Source: Candidatus Uhrbacteria bacterium (GTDB lineage: Bacteria > Patescibacteriota > Patescibacteriia > GWA2-47-26). Taken from it: 64,000 nt of DNA. Positions within the stretch are counted from its first letter, which is position 1. Every line of letters starts with the position of its first letter. The notes below the pieces were generated by a model that did not search any database, was not told the origin of the DNA, and worked only from the letters and a program-made list of their open reading frames with translations. The stretch is taken from NCBI GenBank assembly GCA_016187515.1, contig JACPJN010000006.1, positions 257,556 to 321,555 of the forward strand, written 5' to 3'. The position numbers and the translations under genes were made by a program. Below, one piece after another: positions 52,821-62,188 of this stretch.

Positions 52821-53351
52821 TCAGTGATCAAGAAAGACGGCGACCATGTACTGAACAAAATAGAGGGCCGTCTGCTTCCCCACGTTAACCCCTCGCGGTC
52901 CTTTGCGCGTTTTCCGCGGGAAGACCACACTCGATCGAGACAGCTCTCGATATACCTGCCTATACCGGATGCCCTCCCCATCGATCCAGCAGGACCAGCG
53001 GTGCGTGCTCGCGTCGTACGTCACCCCGCCATAGATACCACCTTCGTCCTGCAAGGCGATCGATGCGCTGGGCGACGAGCTGTCAGCGCAAACCTCCACC
53101 GTGAGGTATACCCCATCCGCTCGTACGATCTGTCGGCCAAGCGGATCCGGACGCTTTTCGTCCGCGCGGTACATGCCCTCGACGGCGTACCCAGCTGGCA
53201 GAAGTTCCCGAAACATTTGGAAGGCCTGCAGCGCTTCCACCAGATCGTCGCGCATCTTGTGGACATAACGATGGAAGTGATGCACCTGGCCGCGGGCAAC
53301 AGCTTTCAGTACCTCTTCCGGCGTTTTCTTGACAGGGAGATCTCTGCGCAT
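52821..53351 (-). CDS. hypothetical protein (strand and frame uncertain)
   Basis: A 176-aa ORF from MRRDLPVKKTPEE…. A competing plus-strand ORF, 52824-53450, looks less protein-like. Confidence 0.3.
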   Translation of the reverse strand: MRRDLPVKKTPEEVLKAVARGQVHHFHRYVHKMRDDLVEALQAFQMFRELLPAGYAVEGMYRADEKRPDPLGRQIVRADGVYLTVEVCADSSSPSASIALQDEGGIYGGVTYDASTHRWSCWIDGEGIRYRQVYRELSRSSVVFPRKTRKGPRGVNVGKQTALYFVQYMVAVFLDH

Positions 53352-53712
53352 TGGCGTGCCCCTCCTTTGGGCGTGAGAATGGTTTGCAAAACCTTTGGCA
53401 GCCGAGGTCAAGGAACAATCATCCTTGTCGGCCGCCGTGTAAATGTATGAGATACATGCACTTGCATGGCGGTCGAATAGCACTGCTTTCCATTGTAAAG
53501 AACGACAAATAACTATACCACACTTTTGCGCATTTGTCAAGTCCGGAATGTCTCAACAGAGGCAAAATGCTTTAAATAAGGGTTTTCATAACCCACCCTA
53601 CCCTCCCTTATCTTAAGGGAGGGATTGGAGACGCAAAAGGCGGCCTTTTTCAGGCCGCCCATTCGTGAGTCATTCGTTTATATTCGCGCGCTATTTGTTT
53701 TAAGTTCGTGAG

Positions 53713-56700
53713 CTATTTGTCTTTCCCTGGTTTAAACCCGGTTCCCGCCGGAATCAGCCGTCCGATAATCACATTCTCCTTCAAGCCATCCAGCCGATCC
53801 ACTTTTCCGGTTACGGCCGCGTTGATTAAGACGCGGGCGGTTTCTTGGAACGACGCGGCCGAAAGGAAGCTGCGGGTGGAAAGCGCCACTTTAGTAATTC
53901 CGAGCAAAAGTTCATCGCCAACCGAGACATTACCCTTCTGGCCCACCCCTTCATTTTCTTCATCAAACTCCGCGCGCTCCACCACCTCTCCCGGCAAGAG
54001 ATTCGTATCGCCCGGATTTTTAACCAGCACGCGCGAGAACATTTGCCGCACAATAACTTCAATGTGTTTATCGTTAAGCTTTTGTCCTTGCGAAGAGTAA
54101 ATCCCTTGCACCTCCTTAAGCATATACCACTCCACGGCTGAACGTCCGCGCAAAATATACAGCTCGTGGGGATCCAGCGCGCCTTCGGTAAGCTGGGTGC
54201 CAACCTCCACCCGATCGCCGTCTTTGACCCACAGCACATATCCCGGCGGAATAAGATATTCCTTGATTTCGCCGCTGTCTTGAGTAATCTTAATCACCTT
54301 TTGCCCGGCTTGGCCAACCAGCCGCTTCTCTGTCCCGGTCTCAATCAAGCGTTCACCGGTTTCAATGGTAACTTTACCGGAGGCGTCCGTCATAAAGGCC
54401 TTCTTTTTGGGCATGCGCGCTTCAAAAAGTTCCTCCACCCGCGGCAAACCTTGAGTAATATCCAGTCCGGCCACTCCTCCGGTGTGGAAGGTCCGCATGG
54501 TCAGCTGGGTACCGGGCTCGCCGATGGATTGCGCGGCAATCACTCCCACCGCCGTGCCGATTTTAACATCCGCGTTGTATCCCAGATCATAACCGTAGCA
54601 CTTTACGCAGAGTCCCTTGCGCGTTTTACAGCGCAACACCGACCGCACCCGCACGGCTTCAATATCCGCTCCGGCGATTTGCCGCGCCACCGCGTCGGAA
54701 ATGGCCTCGCCCTTCTTAACCGCGGTTTTGCGTCCCACTTTAACATCCTGAAGCGTATACCGGCCGATCAGGCGCGCCGCGAGCGTCTCGCCCATTTCCT
54801 CGGAATCGGCCCGCGTCAAGATCATTCCTTCCGTCTCTCCGCAGTCCGGCTCATGAATCACGACGTCCTGGGAAACATCCACCAATCGCCGGGTTAGGTA
54901 TCCGGCATTGGCCGTGCGCAGCGCGGTGTCCGAAAGACCTTTTCGCGAACCGTGGGTGGAAATGAAATATTCCAGTACTTTAAATCCTTCTTTAAACGAG
55001 GCCTTGACCGGCAGTTCAATAATATCGCCGGCCGGATTAGCCACCAGACCCTTCATGCCCACCATCTGGGTGAGCTGTCCCCAGGATCCGCGAGCGCCGG
55101 ACTCAATCATGGAGTATACCGAACCGGTTTTGTCCATTGATGATTTTGCCATTTTTACGATTTCGTCCTTAATCTCGGTCCAAATTTCAATAATTTTAGT
55201 ATGGCGCTCCGAAGCCGTTAACAGCCCGGTCTCATATTGCTCTTCCACCTCATCAACGCGCCCTTGTCCCGCGCCAAGCAGTTCTTGTTTGCGTTTAAGG
55301 TCCGGCAGGTCGGCCATTGACCAAGAAAATCCCGATCGGGTAATCGCCTTAAATCCCAGCTCTTTAATCTCGTCTAAAAGTTCGGCGGTCTTGTCCGTGC
55401 CATAGATTTCCATACAGAGCCGGACCATCTCTCCCAAACGCTTGACATCCATTTGCTGGTTGTAATAAGGAAGTTTCGGATAAAGCACGCGGTTGAAAAT
55501 AATTCGCCCGACCGTGGTCTCAAAAAGCTCTTCTTCATTATGCTTAACTTTGCGCACCTTGATCAGCTCCTGAAGACCGATTTTTTTGAACTCATAGGCC
55601 AAGACCGCGTCTTCCGGACTGCTAAAGTACTTTTTGGAGGGCGCGGCGTTAATCGCAATCGCCGTTAAATAAAAACATCCCCAAGCAATGTCTTTATTGG
55701 GCATCGCGACCGGATTGCCATGCGCCGGTTTCAATAAGTTCTTGGAGGCCAGCATAATCTCGCGGGCTTCTTGTTTTGCCTCATCGGTAAGCGGCACGTG
55801 CACCGCCATTTGGTCGCCGTCAAAATCAGCGTTGAACGCCGGACACACCAGCGGGTGGATTTGAATGGCCTTACCTTCAATCAAAATCGGCTGAAAGGCC
55901 TGAATGCCCAGCCGGTGCAAGGTCGGCGCGCGATTGAGCATCACGTGCGCGCCGCGGGTAACTTCTTCAAGAATATCCCAAATCTCCGCGCGGCCGGATT
56001 CGATAAAACGCGTGGCGGAACGAATGTTATGCACTAATTGCCGGCCAATCAACTGCGAGATTACATAGGGCTTGAAGAGCTCCAGCGCCATGCGCTTGGG
56101 AAGACCGCACTGATGAAGTTTTAAGCCGGGACCAACCACAATCACCGAGCGGCCGGAGTAATCCGTGCGCTTGCCAAGCAGATTCTGCCGGAAGCGTCCT
56201 TGCTTGCCTTTTAAAATATCGGCCAGTGAGCGCAGTTGGCGTCGGCCGCCGGTGGTGGAAGCGACGGTTTTCGCGTGGCGCGCGGAATTGTCAATCAGGG
56301 CGTCCATCGCTTCTTGCAGCATGCGCTTCTCATTGCGCACAATCACCTCGGGCGCGTTCAACTCCAGCAAGCGCTTCAAGCGATTATTGCGATTGATTAC
56401 TCGCCGATAAAGATCATTCAGATCCGAAGTGGCGAATCTACCGCCGTCCAGGGCGACCATCGGGCGCAGCTCCGGAGGGATCACCGGGATGCTTGAAATT
56501 ATCATCCAAGACGGCCTGATCTTGGTCGCCAGAAAAGCGCGCAATACTTTGATGCGCCGCACGATCTTGTCGTATTTCTGCGCCGGCGCCCCCTTCAGCT
56601 CTTCTTCCAGATTTTCCACCGTCGCGGTCAAATCCAGATGTTCGAGGAGATAGCGGATGGCCTCGGCGCCAATCCCGGCCTCAAAAATATGGCCATACTT

Positions 56701-57450
56701 CAAAGACAGCTCGTGAAAACGCTGTTCGGAAAGAATAGTGAGGGGCTCCAGCTCTTTAATCTCGCCCTCTACCGCGCTAAATTCGCCATTCAGGAGAACC
56801 AGCTTCTCACTCTCCTCCCCGGAAAGCGCGCGCAGACGGCCCGCGTCTTTTTCCGGACTCAAAGTTAACCGCGCGCGATCGTACTCGGCTTTGATCGATT
56901 TTTTCTTGCCCTTAAGCTCTTCCCGCGCCTTCTCCAGCGTCTCCTTCTTTAATTTTTCATCCACCGCGGTGATGACATAAGCGGTAAAGTACAAGATCCG
57001 CTCCAGATTTTGGACCGAGAGATCCAAAGCAAGCCCAATGCGGGAGGGCACGCCCCGCAGAAACCAGATATGCGCCACCGGCGCTTTGAGTTCAATATGG
57101 CCCATGCGCTCGCGCCGGGTGAGCGAACTGGTAACTTCCACTCCGCATTTGTCGCAAATAATCCCTTTGTAGCGGATCTTCTTATACTTGCCGCAATAGC
57201 ACTCCCAATCCTTGGTCGGACCAAAAATGCGCTCGTCAAAGAGTCCGTCTTTCTCTGGTTTTTGCGTGCGGTAATTAATGGTCTCCGGCTTGGTAATCTC
57301 GCCATGCGACCAAGAGCGGATTATTTCGGCGGAAGCGAGGCGCAGCCGAATGGAATCAAAATCCAGCACCTCGGGTTCGGACCTAAAGGACCGTTCCGGG
57401 CGCGGCGGACGGTCCAGCGCGGCGGTTGATTTTGTTGATTCTTCCAACAT
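53713..57450 (-). CDS. rpoC: DNA-directed RNA polymerase subunit beta'
   Basis: Zinc-binding CDKCGVEV, NADFDGDQM catalytic loop, and trigger loop. 1245 aa. Confidence 0.95.
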   Translation of the reverse strand: MLEESTKSTAALDRPPRPERSFRSEPEVLDFDSIRLRLASAEIIRSWSHGEITKPETINYRTQKPEKDGLFDERIFGPTKDWECYCGKYKKIRYKGIICDKCGVEVTSSLTRRERMGHIELKAPVAHIWFLRGVPSRIGLALDLSVQNLERILYFTAYVITAVDEKLKKETLEKAREELKGKKKSIKAEYDRARLTLSPEKDAGRLRALSGEESEKLVLLNGEFSAVEGEIKELEPLTILSEQRFHELSLKYGHIFEAGIGAEAIRYLLEHLDLTATVENLEEELKGAPAQKYDKIVRRIKVLRAFLATKIRPSWMIISSIPVIPPELRPMVALDGGRFATSDLNDLYRRVINRNNRLKRLLELNAPEVIVRNEKRMLQEAMDALIDNSARHAKTVASTTGGRRQLRSLADILKGKQGRFRQNLLGKRTDYSGRSVIVVGPGLKLHQCGLPKRMALELFKPYVISQLIGRQLVHNIRSATRFIESGRAEIWDILEEVTRGAHVMLNRAPTLHRLGIQAFQPILIEGKAIQIHPLVCPAFNADFDGDQMAVHVPLTDEAKQEAREIMLASKNLLKPAHGNPVAMPNKDIAWGCFYLTAIAINAAPSKKYFSSPEDAVLAYEFKKIGLQELIKVRKVKHNEEELFETTVGRIIFNRVLYPKLPYYNQQMDVKRLGEMVRLCMEIYGTDKTAELLDEIKELGFKAITRSGFSWSMADLPDLKRKQELLGAGQGRVDEVEEQYETGLLTASERHTKIIEIWTEIKDEIVKMAKSSMDKTGSVYSMIESGARGSWGQLTQMVGMKGLVANPAGDIIELPVKASFKEGFKVLEYFISTHGSRKGLSDTALRTANAGYLTRRLVDVSQDVVIHEPDCGETEGMILTRADSEEMGETLAARLIGRYTLQDVKVGRKTAVKKGEAISDAVARQIAGADIEAVRVRSVLRCKTRKGLCVKCYGYDLGYNADVKIGTAVGVIAAQSIGEPGTQLTMRTFHTGGVAGLDITQGLPRVEELFEARMPKKKAFMTDASGKVTIETGERLIETGTEKRLVGQAGQKVIKITQDSGEIKEYLIPPGYVLWVKDGDRVEVGTQLTEGALDPHELYILRGRSAVEWYMLKEVQGIYSSQGQKLNDKHIEVIVRQMFSRVLVKNPGDTNLLPGEVVERAEFDEENEGVGQKGNVSVGDELLLGITKVALSTRSFLSAASFQETARVLINAAVTGKVDRLDGLKENVIIGRLIPAGTGFKPGKDK

Positions 57451-57456
57451 ATGGGG

Positions 57457-60400
57457 CTAGCGTTTCAAACGGGTAGTTTTTACCTTGGCGGCGGCGCTTT
57501 GAGTCGCCGGGAGCGGCTTGCCGTCTTTTAAAAGCTCCACGTCCAAACATAATCCTTTAAGTTCTCGGATCAGCACTTGGAAGGCCTCGGGAATGTGCTT
57601 CTTTTGCACCGGATCGCCTTTGATAATTGACTCATACGCTTTGGATCGTCCGGTTACGTCGTCGGATTTGATCGTCAGAATTTCTTGAAGCGTATGGGCC
57701 GCGCCGTAGGCCTCGAGCGCCCAGACCTCCATTTCCCCAAACCGCTGACCGCCAAACTGGGCTTTTCCGCCCAAGGGCTGCTGGGTGATCAAGGAGTAAG
57801 GGCCGATCGAGCGCTGGTGGATCTTGTCTTCCACCATGTGCACCAGTTTCATCATATAGATGTACCCGACCGTACTCTGGCTATCAAATGCTTCTCCGCT
57901 TTTTCCGTCATAAAGCTGCACCATGCCATTTGCCGAAAATCCGGCGTTGATCAGCTCTTCTCTAATGCGCACTTCGTTGACCCCGTTTAGCGCCGGGGTA
58001 ACCACCCGGAAACCGCCGGCGTTAGCCGCGAGTCCCAGGTGGGTTTCCAGAATTTGTCCCAGATTCATCCGCGAGACCACGCCCAAGGGTGAAAGCACCA
58101 CATCCACGGGAGTTCCATCGTTTAGAAAAGGCATATCCTCCACGGCCACCACTTTTGAAATCACGCCTTTGTTGCCATGCCGGCCGGCCATTTTGTCTCC
58201 CACCTGAAGTTTCCGCATATCGGCCACGGAAATCTGGATTGACCGGGTCACGCCCGGCGGGAGTTTATCGCCGGCCTCGGCCGAAAACATTTTTATGTCA
58301 ATCACCTTGCCATGCTCGCCATGTTCCAGATATAAACTTGAGTCGCGCACGTCCCGAGCTTTTTCACCGAAAATCGCCCGCAGCAGCCGCTCTTCCGCGG
58401 AAAGTTCCGTCTCCCCTTTGGGCGTGATTTTCCCCACCAGAATATCTCCGGAGATCACCGAAGCGCCGACGCGCACGATTCCGCGTTCATCAAGATTGCG
58501 CAGTTTCTCCTCGGCAATATTGGGAATATCCGAAGTCACCACTTCCGGACCAAGTTTGGTTTCCCGCACGTCAATCGTATAGTGTTCAATGTGAATTGAG
58601 GTATAGCGATCTTGCTCAACCACCCGCTCGGAAATGATAATCGCGTCCTCATAATTGTATCCTTCCCAACTGATGAACGAAACGAGGATATTCTGACCGA
58701 GCGCCAGTTCCCCCTGATCCATCCCCGGGCCATCGGCCACTACCTGGCCGGCTGAAACCCGCGCTCCGAGCGCGACAATCGGAATCTGGTTAAGACAAGT
58801 GGAGGCATTGGAACGCAAAAATTTAGTCAGCGGAAGATTATACTCTTTTCCCGCGTCGCTTCGGATTACCACGTGCTGGCCGTCAACGGCGGAAACCACG
58901 CCGTCGGCCGGCGCGGTGACGAGGTGGCCGGAATCATAAGCCGCCCGGGACTCGACCCCGGTTCCCACGAGCGGCGCCTGCGGTCGAACGCAAGGGACCG
59001 CTTGCCGCTGCATGTTGGTGCCCATTAAGGCGCGCACCGCGTCATCATGTTCCAAAAAAGGAATCAGCGCGGTGGCAATGGAAACAATCTGGGTGGAGGA
59101 AACATCCATGTAATCAATCTCGGAGACGGGTGAGACGGCCGGCTCGCCATGCCGGCGCACATCCGCGCGCTCCGCCGCAATATAGCCCTGCTCATCAGTC
59201 GGCGTGTTTACCGAGGTGGTCGTCACGCGCTCCTCCTGGAAGGCATTGAGGTAATCCACTTCATCAGTAACCCGCATCCGCACGCTGCCGTCCGGCTGTT
59301 CCTCTTTGACGACTTTACGATAGGGCGTTTCCAGAAATCCATACTCATTGATCCGCACATAAGAGGCCAGGTGCCCCACCAGTCCGATATTGGGTCCCTC
59401 CGGGGTAGCAATCGGGCAAATGCGTCCGTAGTGCGTCGGGTGCACATCGCGCACGTCAAATCCCGCGCGCTCGCGGGAAAGTCCGCCCGGACCCATGGCC
59501 GATAATCGGCGTTTGTGTTCCAGCTCGGCCAAGGGATTGGTCTGATCCATGAATTGCGAAAGCTGGGAAGAAGTAAAGAATTCGCGAATCGCGCCCATGA
59601 CCGGACGCGCGTTAATAAGCTTTGCCGGAGTTAACAGCGCCAAATCCATGGTGGACATCCGGTCGCGCACAATCCGCTCCATGCGCATCAGCCCCACGCG
59701 AAAACGATTTTGAACCAATTCGCCGACCGGGCGGACGCGGCGATTGCCCAGATGGTCAATGTCATCCGGGTCCTCTTGAGTAACATTAAGACGAATGAGT
59801 TCGCGGACAATCGCCACGATATCTTCTTTTTTTAAAATACGCTCCTCGCGGGATTCAATCGCCGCTTTTCTGGTGATCCCCTCCGGCGCGCCGAATTTCT
59901 GCAGGAATTTATAGCGCCCGACCTTGCCGAGATCATACCGATCAAAGTTGAAAAACATGTTGTAGATCAAACTTTTGGCATTATCAACCGTCGCGAGGTC
60001 CCCCGGGCGGATGCGCTTGTACACTTCGATCAGTCCCTCATCCATATTTTTCGCGACATCTTTAGTCAGGGTTACGTCAATGTATTTCAGATTGGTGCGG
60101 GTATCCATATCGCCAAACAAACTCCGCAGCTCCTCTTCTTTCTCATATCCAAACGCGCGCAAAAGCGAGGTGACCGCCACTTTCCGTTTGCGATCGATCT
60201 TTACCCAAATTACCCCGTTCATGTCGGTCTCAAATTCCAGCCACGCTCCGCGGTTGGGAATGAGCTTCGCGCCATAATGCCGCCGACCGCGCAAAAATTC
60301 CGAGGTAAAAAATACTCCGGCCGACCGAATGAGCTGGGAAACGACCGTGCGCTCCACGCCATTAATAATAAAAGTGCCGCGGGGCGTCATTAGCGGAAGA

Positions 60401-60762
60401 TCCCCCAGATATACTTCTTGGGTCTTGACTTCTCCGCTGCGCTTATTTTGCAAACGTGCCTTGACCCGCAGCGGCGCTTCAAAAGTGACGTTTTTTACAT
60501 GCGAAGTTACCTCATCAAACTTGGGCTCGTCAAAATAATATTCATCAAACCAAAGTTCCAGATCGCGGCCGGTAAAATCTTTCATTGGCGAGACCTCTTC
60601 AAACAACTCTTTGATGCCGTGCTCAAAAAACCAGCGATAAGAATCCTTCTGGATCTCGGTAAGATCCGGAAGGACAACCTGTTCGGGAGCGGCGCCAAAA
60701 AATTTCGGCCTTTTTTCGCGGACCGGCTGGGGGGCGAAAAGTGATTTTTGCAAAGCAGGCAT
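57457..60762 (-). CDS. rpoB: DNA-directed RNA polymerase subunit beta
   Basis: 1101 aa with conserved rifampicin-cluster and catalytic regions. It sits 6 nt upstream of rpoC. Confidence 0.95.
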   Translation of the reverse strand: MPALQKSLFAPQPVREKRPKFFGAAPEQVVLPDLTEIQKDSYRWFFEHGIKELFEEVSPMKDFTGRDLELWFDEYYFDEPKFDEVTSHVKNVTFEAPLRVKARLQNKRSGEVKTQEVYLGDLPLMTPRGTFIINGVERTVVSQLIRSAGVFFTSEFLRGRRHYGAKLIPNRGAWLEFETDMNGVIWVKIDRKRKVAVTSLLRAFGYEKEEELRSLFGDMDTRTNLKYIDVTLTKDVAKNMDEGLIEVYKRIRPGDLATVDNAKSLIYNMFFNFDRYDLGKVGRYKFLQKFGAPEGITRKAAIESREERILKKEDIVAIVRELIRLNVTQEDPDDIDHLGNRRVRPVGELVQNRFRVGLMRMERIVRDRMSTMDLALLTPAKLINARPVMGAIREFFTSSQLSQFMDQTNPLAELEHKRRLSAMGPGGLSRERAGFDVRDVHPTHYGRICPIATPEGPNIGLVGHLASYVRINEYGFLETPYRKVVKEEQPDGSVRMRVTDEVDYLNAFQEERVTTTSVNTPTDEQGYIAAERADVRRHGEPAVSPVSEIDYMDVSSTQIVSIATALIPFLEHDDAVRALMGTNMQRQAVPCVRPQAPLVGTGVESRAAYDSGHLVTAPADGVVSAVDGQHVVIRSDAGKEYNLPLTKFLRSNASTCLNQIPIVALGARVSAGQVVADGPGMDQGELALGQNILVSFISWEGYNYEDAIIISERVVEQDRYTSIHIEHYTIDVRETKLGPEVVTSDIPNIAEEKLRNLDERGIVRVGASVISGDILVGKITPKGETELSAEERLLRAIFGEKARDVRDSSLYLEHGEHGKVIDIKMFSAEAGDKLPPGVTRSIQISVADMRKLQVGDKMAGRHGNKGVISKVVAVEDMPFLNDGTPVDVVLSPLGVVSRMNLGQILETHLGLAANAGGFRVVTPALNGVNEVRIREELINAGFSANGMVQLYDGKSGEAFDSQSTVGYIYMMKLVHMVEDKIHQRSIGPYSLITQQPLGGKAQFGGQRFGEMEVWALEAYGAAHTLQEILTIKSDDVTGRSKAYESIIKGDPVQKKHIPEAFQVLIRELKGLCLDVELLKDGKPLPATQSAAAKVKTTRLKR

Positions 60763-60798
60763 GTCGGTAGGCGGAAAACCGCGGACAAAAACAAACTA

Positions 60799-60826
60799 CC
60801 CTTCGCAAGGGGAAGGGAGTTTTTTT
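60799..60826 (+). terminator. hairpin plus T-run upstream of rpoB (terminator or attenuator of antisense read-through)
   Basis: cccttcgcaaggggaagggagttttttt. Confidence 0.35.
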
Positions 60827-61042
60827 GATTTAGGCTGGGGTATGAAGGTAAAAAATACGCTTCACGGCAAGGATTTATATCGCGTAATCCTTTTGGTATG
60901 GAAGACCGGCGGAATTTTCGCTAATTTCAGCCCAAATTCAGGTGAGGCGTGCCACTAAACAGCAAAGTATCCCTACTCTACCAGATTGGGTTGTTCTTGT
61001 CAAGTTTAGGAAACCGTGATAAGTTATCCACAGGAGGAATTC

Positions 61043-61855
61043 ATGGCCAAAAAGCCGGCAAAAAAGAAGAAGGAAACCCAGTCGCCCGCGCAAGCTCTGG
61101 AAGAGGCCTTTCAAGAGCTTGGAAAGTTGCTCGGCGGTACTGCCGCGTTTACGGATGAAGATGATAAAGATGGGGAAGTGCCGGCGATTTCCGGCGAAGC
61201 GCGCGCAGCAGATGTTGCGCGGCTGGTCCTGCGGCTGCGCTCCGTCATCAACACGCTTGGACGGCCAAACAGACAACTGACGAAAGTCCTGCGTCAGTTT
61301 GTCGCGCAAAATCCAACTGGCTGGATTCAGGCGGCCACGGTTGAAAAACAGCATCTTTGCTGGATTACTCCGGATGGCACGATCAAGGTTGTTTTGGTGG
61401 ATAGCCCGACCCATGGGCTGCCGGTAGACGATTTGTTGGCGCTTGTGGGGCTGAAGCAGGCCTTGCCGTTTCTCAAAGTGGATTACACCGCTGTTTGCAA
61501 AGCCGCCGAGAGTGACCAGCTTCGAAATGGCGAGGATGTGCTCGTGGCTGTTGAGGAGATATTGGCACGCCGCGTGCGCGAGCCGCGTGAAAAGCGGGTG
61601 GATATTGACTCGCTTGATCCTGCCGATACCACGCCGCTCGTGGCCGTGATTGATCCGGAAATCGCGCGGGAGCGTCTGGAAGAGCTGGAGTCGCTCGGAC
61701 TTTCGGCTGCGACCATCACCGCGCTTCGCAAAAACGGTATCAATGCCGCGTGGGACCTGCGTCACCTTTCCGGCGAAGAGATCGCTGCGCTGGAAGGCAT
61801 TGGCGAAAAGCGTGCCGCCGAAATCATGGCCGCGATTATCAAGCGCGTGAAGTAA
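61043..61855 (+). CDS. hypothetical Lys-rich protein with a C-terminal helix-hairpin-helix motif
   Basis: The start was set at MAKKPAKKKK, which has an AGGAGG RBS. The C-terminal region LRHLSGEEIAALEGIGEKRAAEIMAAI is HhH-like. Confidence 0.45.
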   Translation: MAKKPAKKKKETQSPAQALEEAFQELGKLLGGTAAFTDEDDKDGEVPAISGEARAADVARLVLRLRSVINTLGRPNRQLTKVLRQFVAQNPTGWIQAATVEKQHLCWITPDGTIKVVLVDSPTHGLPVDDLLALVGLKQALPFLKVDYTAVCKAAESDQLRNGEDVLVAVEEILARRVREPREKRVDIDSLDPADTTPLVAVIDPEIARERLEELESLGLSAATITALRKNGINAAWDLRHLSGEEIAALEGIGEKRAAEIMAAIIKRVK

Positions 61856-62121
61856 TGTATCGGCGGAAACCGAAACGCAAGGGAAAAGGCCCGCGCACCT
61901 GGGGGGAAGTGTATCGCGAGCTTGCGGCGATTGGGGCCAGGGCGGATGAGCTCTTTGCGCGGTGGAGTACGCGGATGGAGGAGGCGCTCGCGCGGGCGGG
62001 CTGTTGCATCACGATTGCCGAGATCCTCCGCGAGTTTCGCGCTCGCGCCTGGGCTCGCGCGGTGCGCGAACAGGAACAGGGTCAAAACCCGCGCAGAAGT
62101 AAACAGCTTACGTTGTTTTAG
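61855..62121 (+). CDS. small basic hypothetical protein, 88 aa
   Basis: An intact ORF that starts at the stop of the previous gene. A terminator-like hairpin follows at about 62126-62170. Confidence 0.35.
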   Translation: MYRRKPKRKGKGPRTWGEVYRELAAIGARADELFARWSTRMEEALARAGCCITIAEILREFRARAWARAVREQEQGQNPRRSKQLTLF

Positions 62122-62188
62122 GGGTATTGCTCGCTTGGGCAACCCCCTTTCTTTTTTATGGATTTGATGTTAAAATACACGATACGTT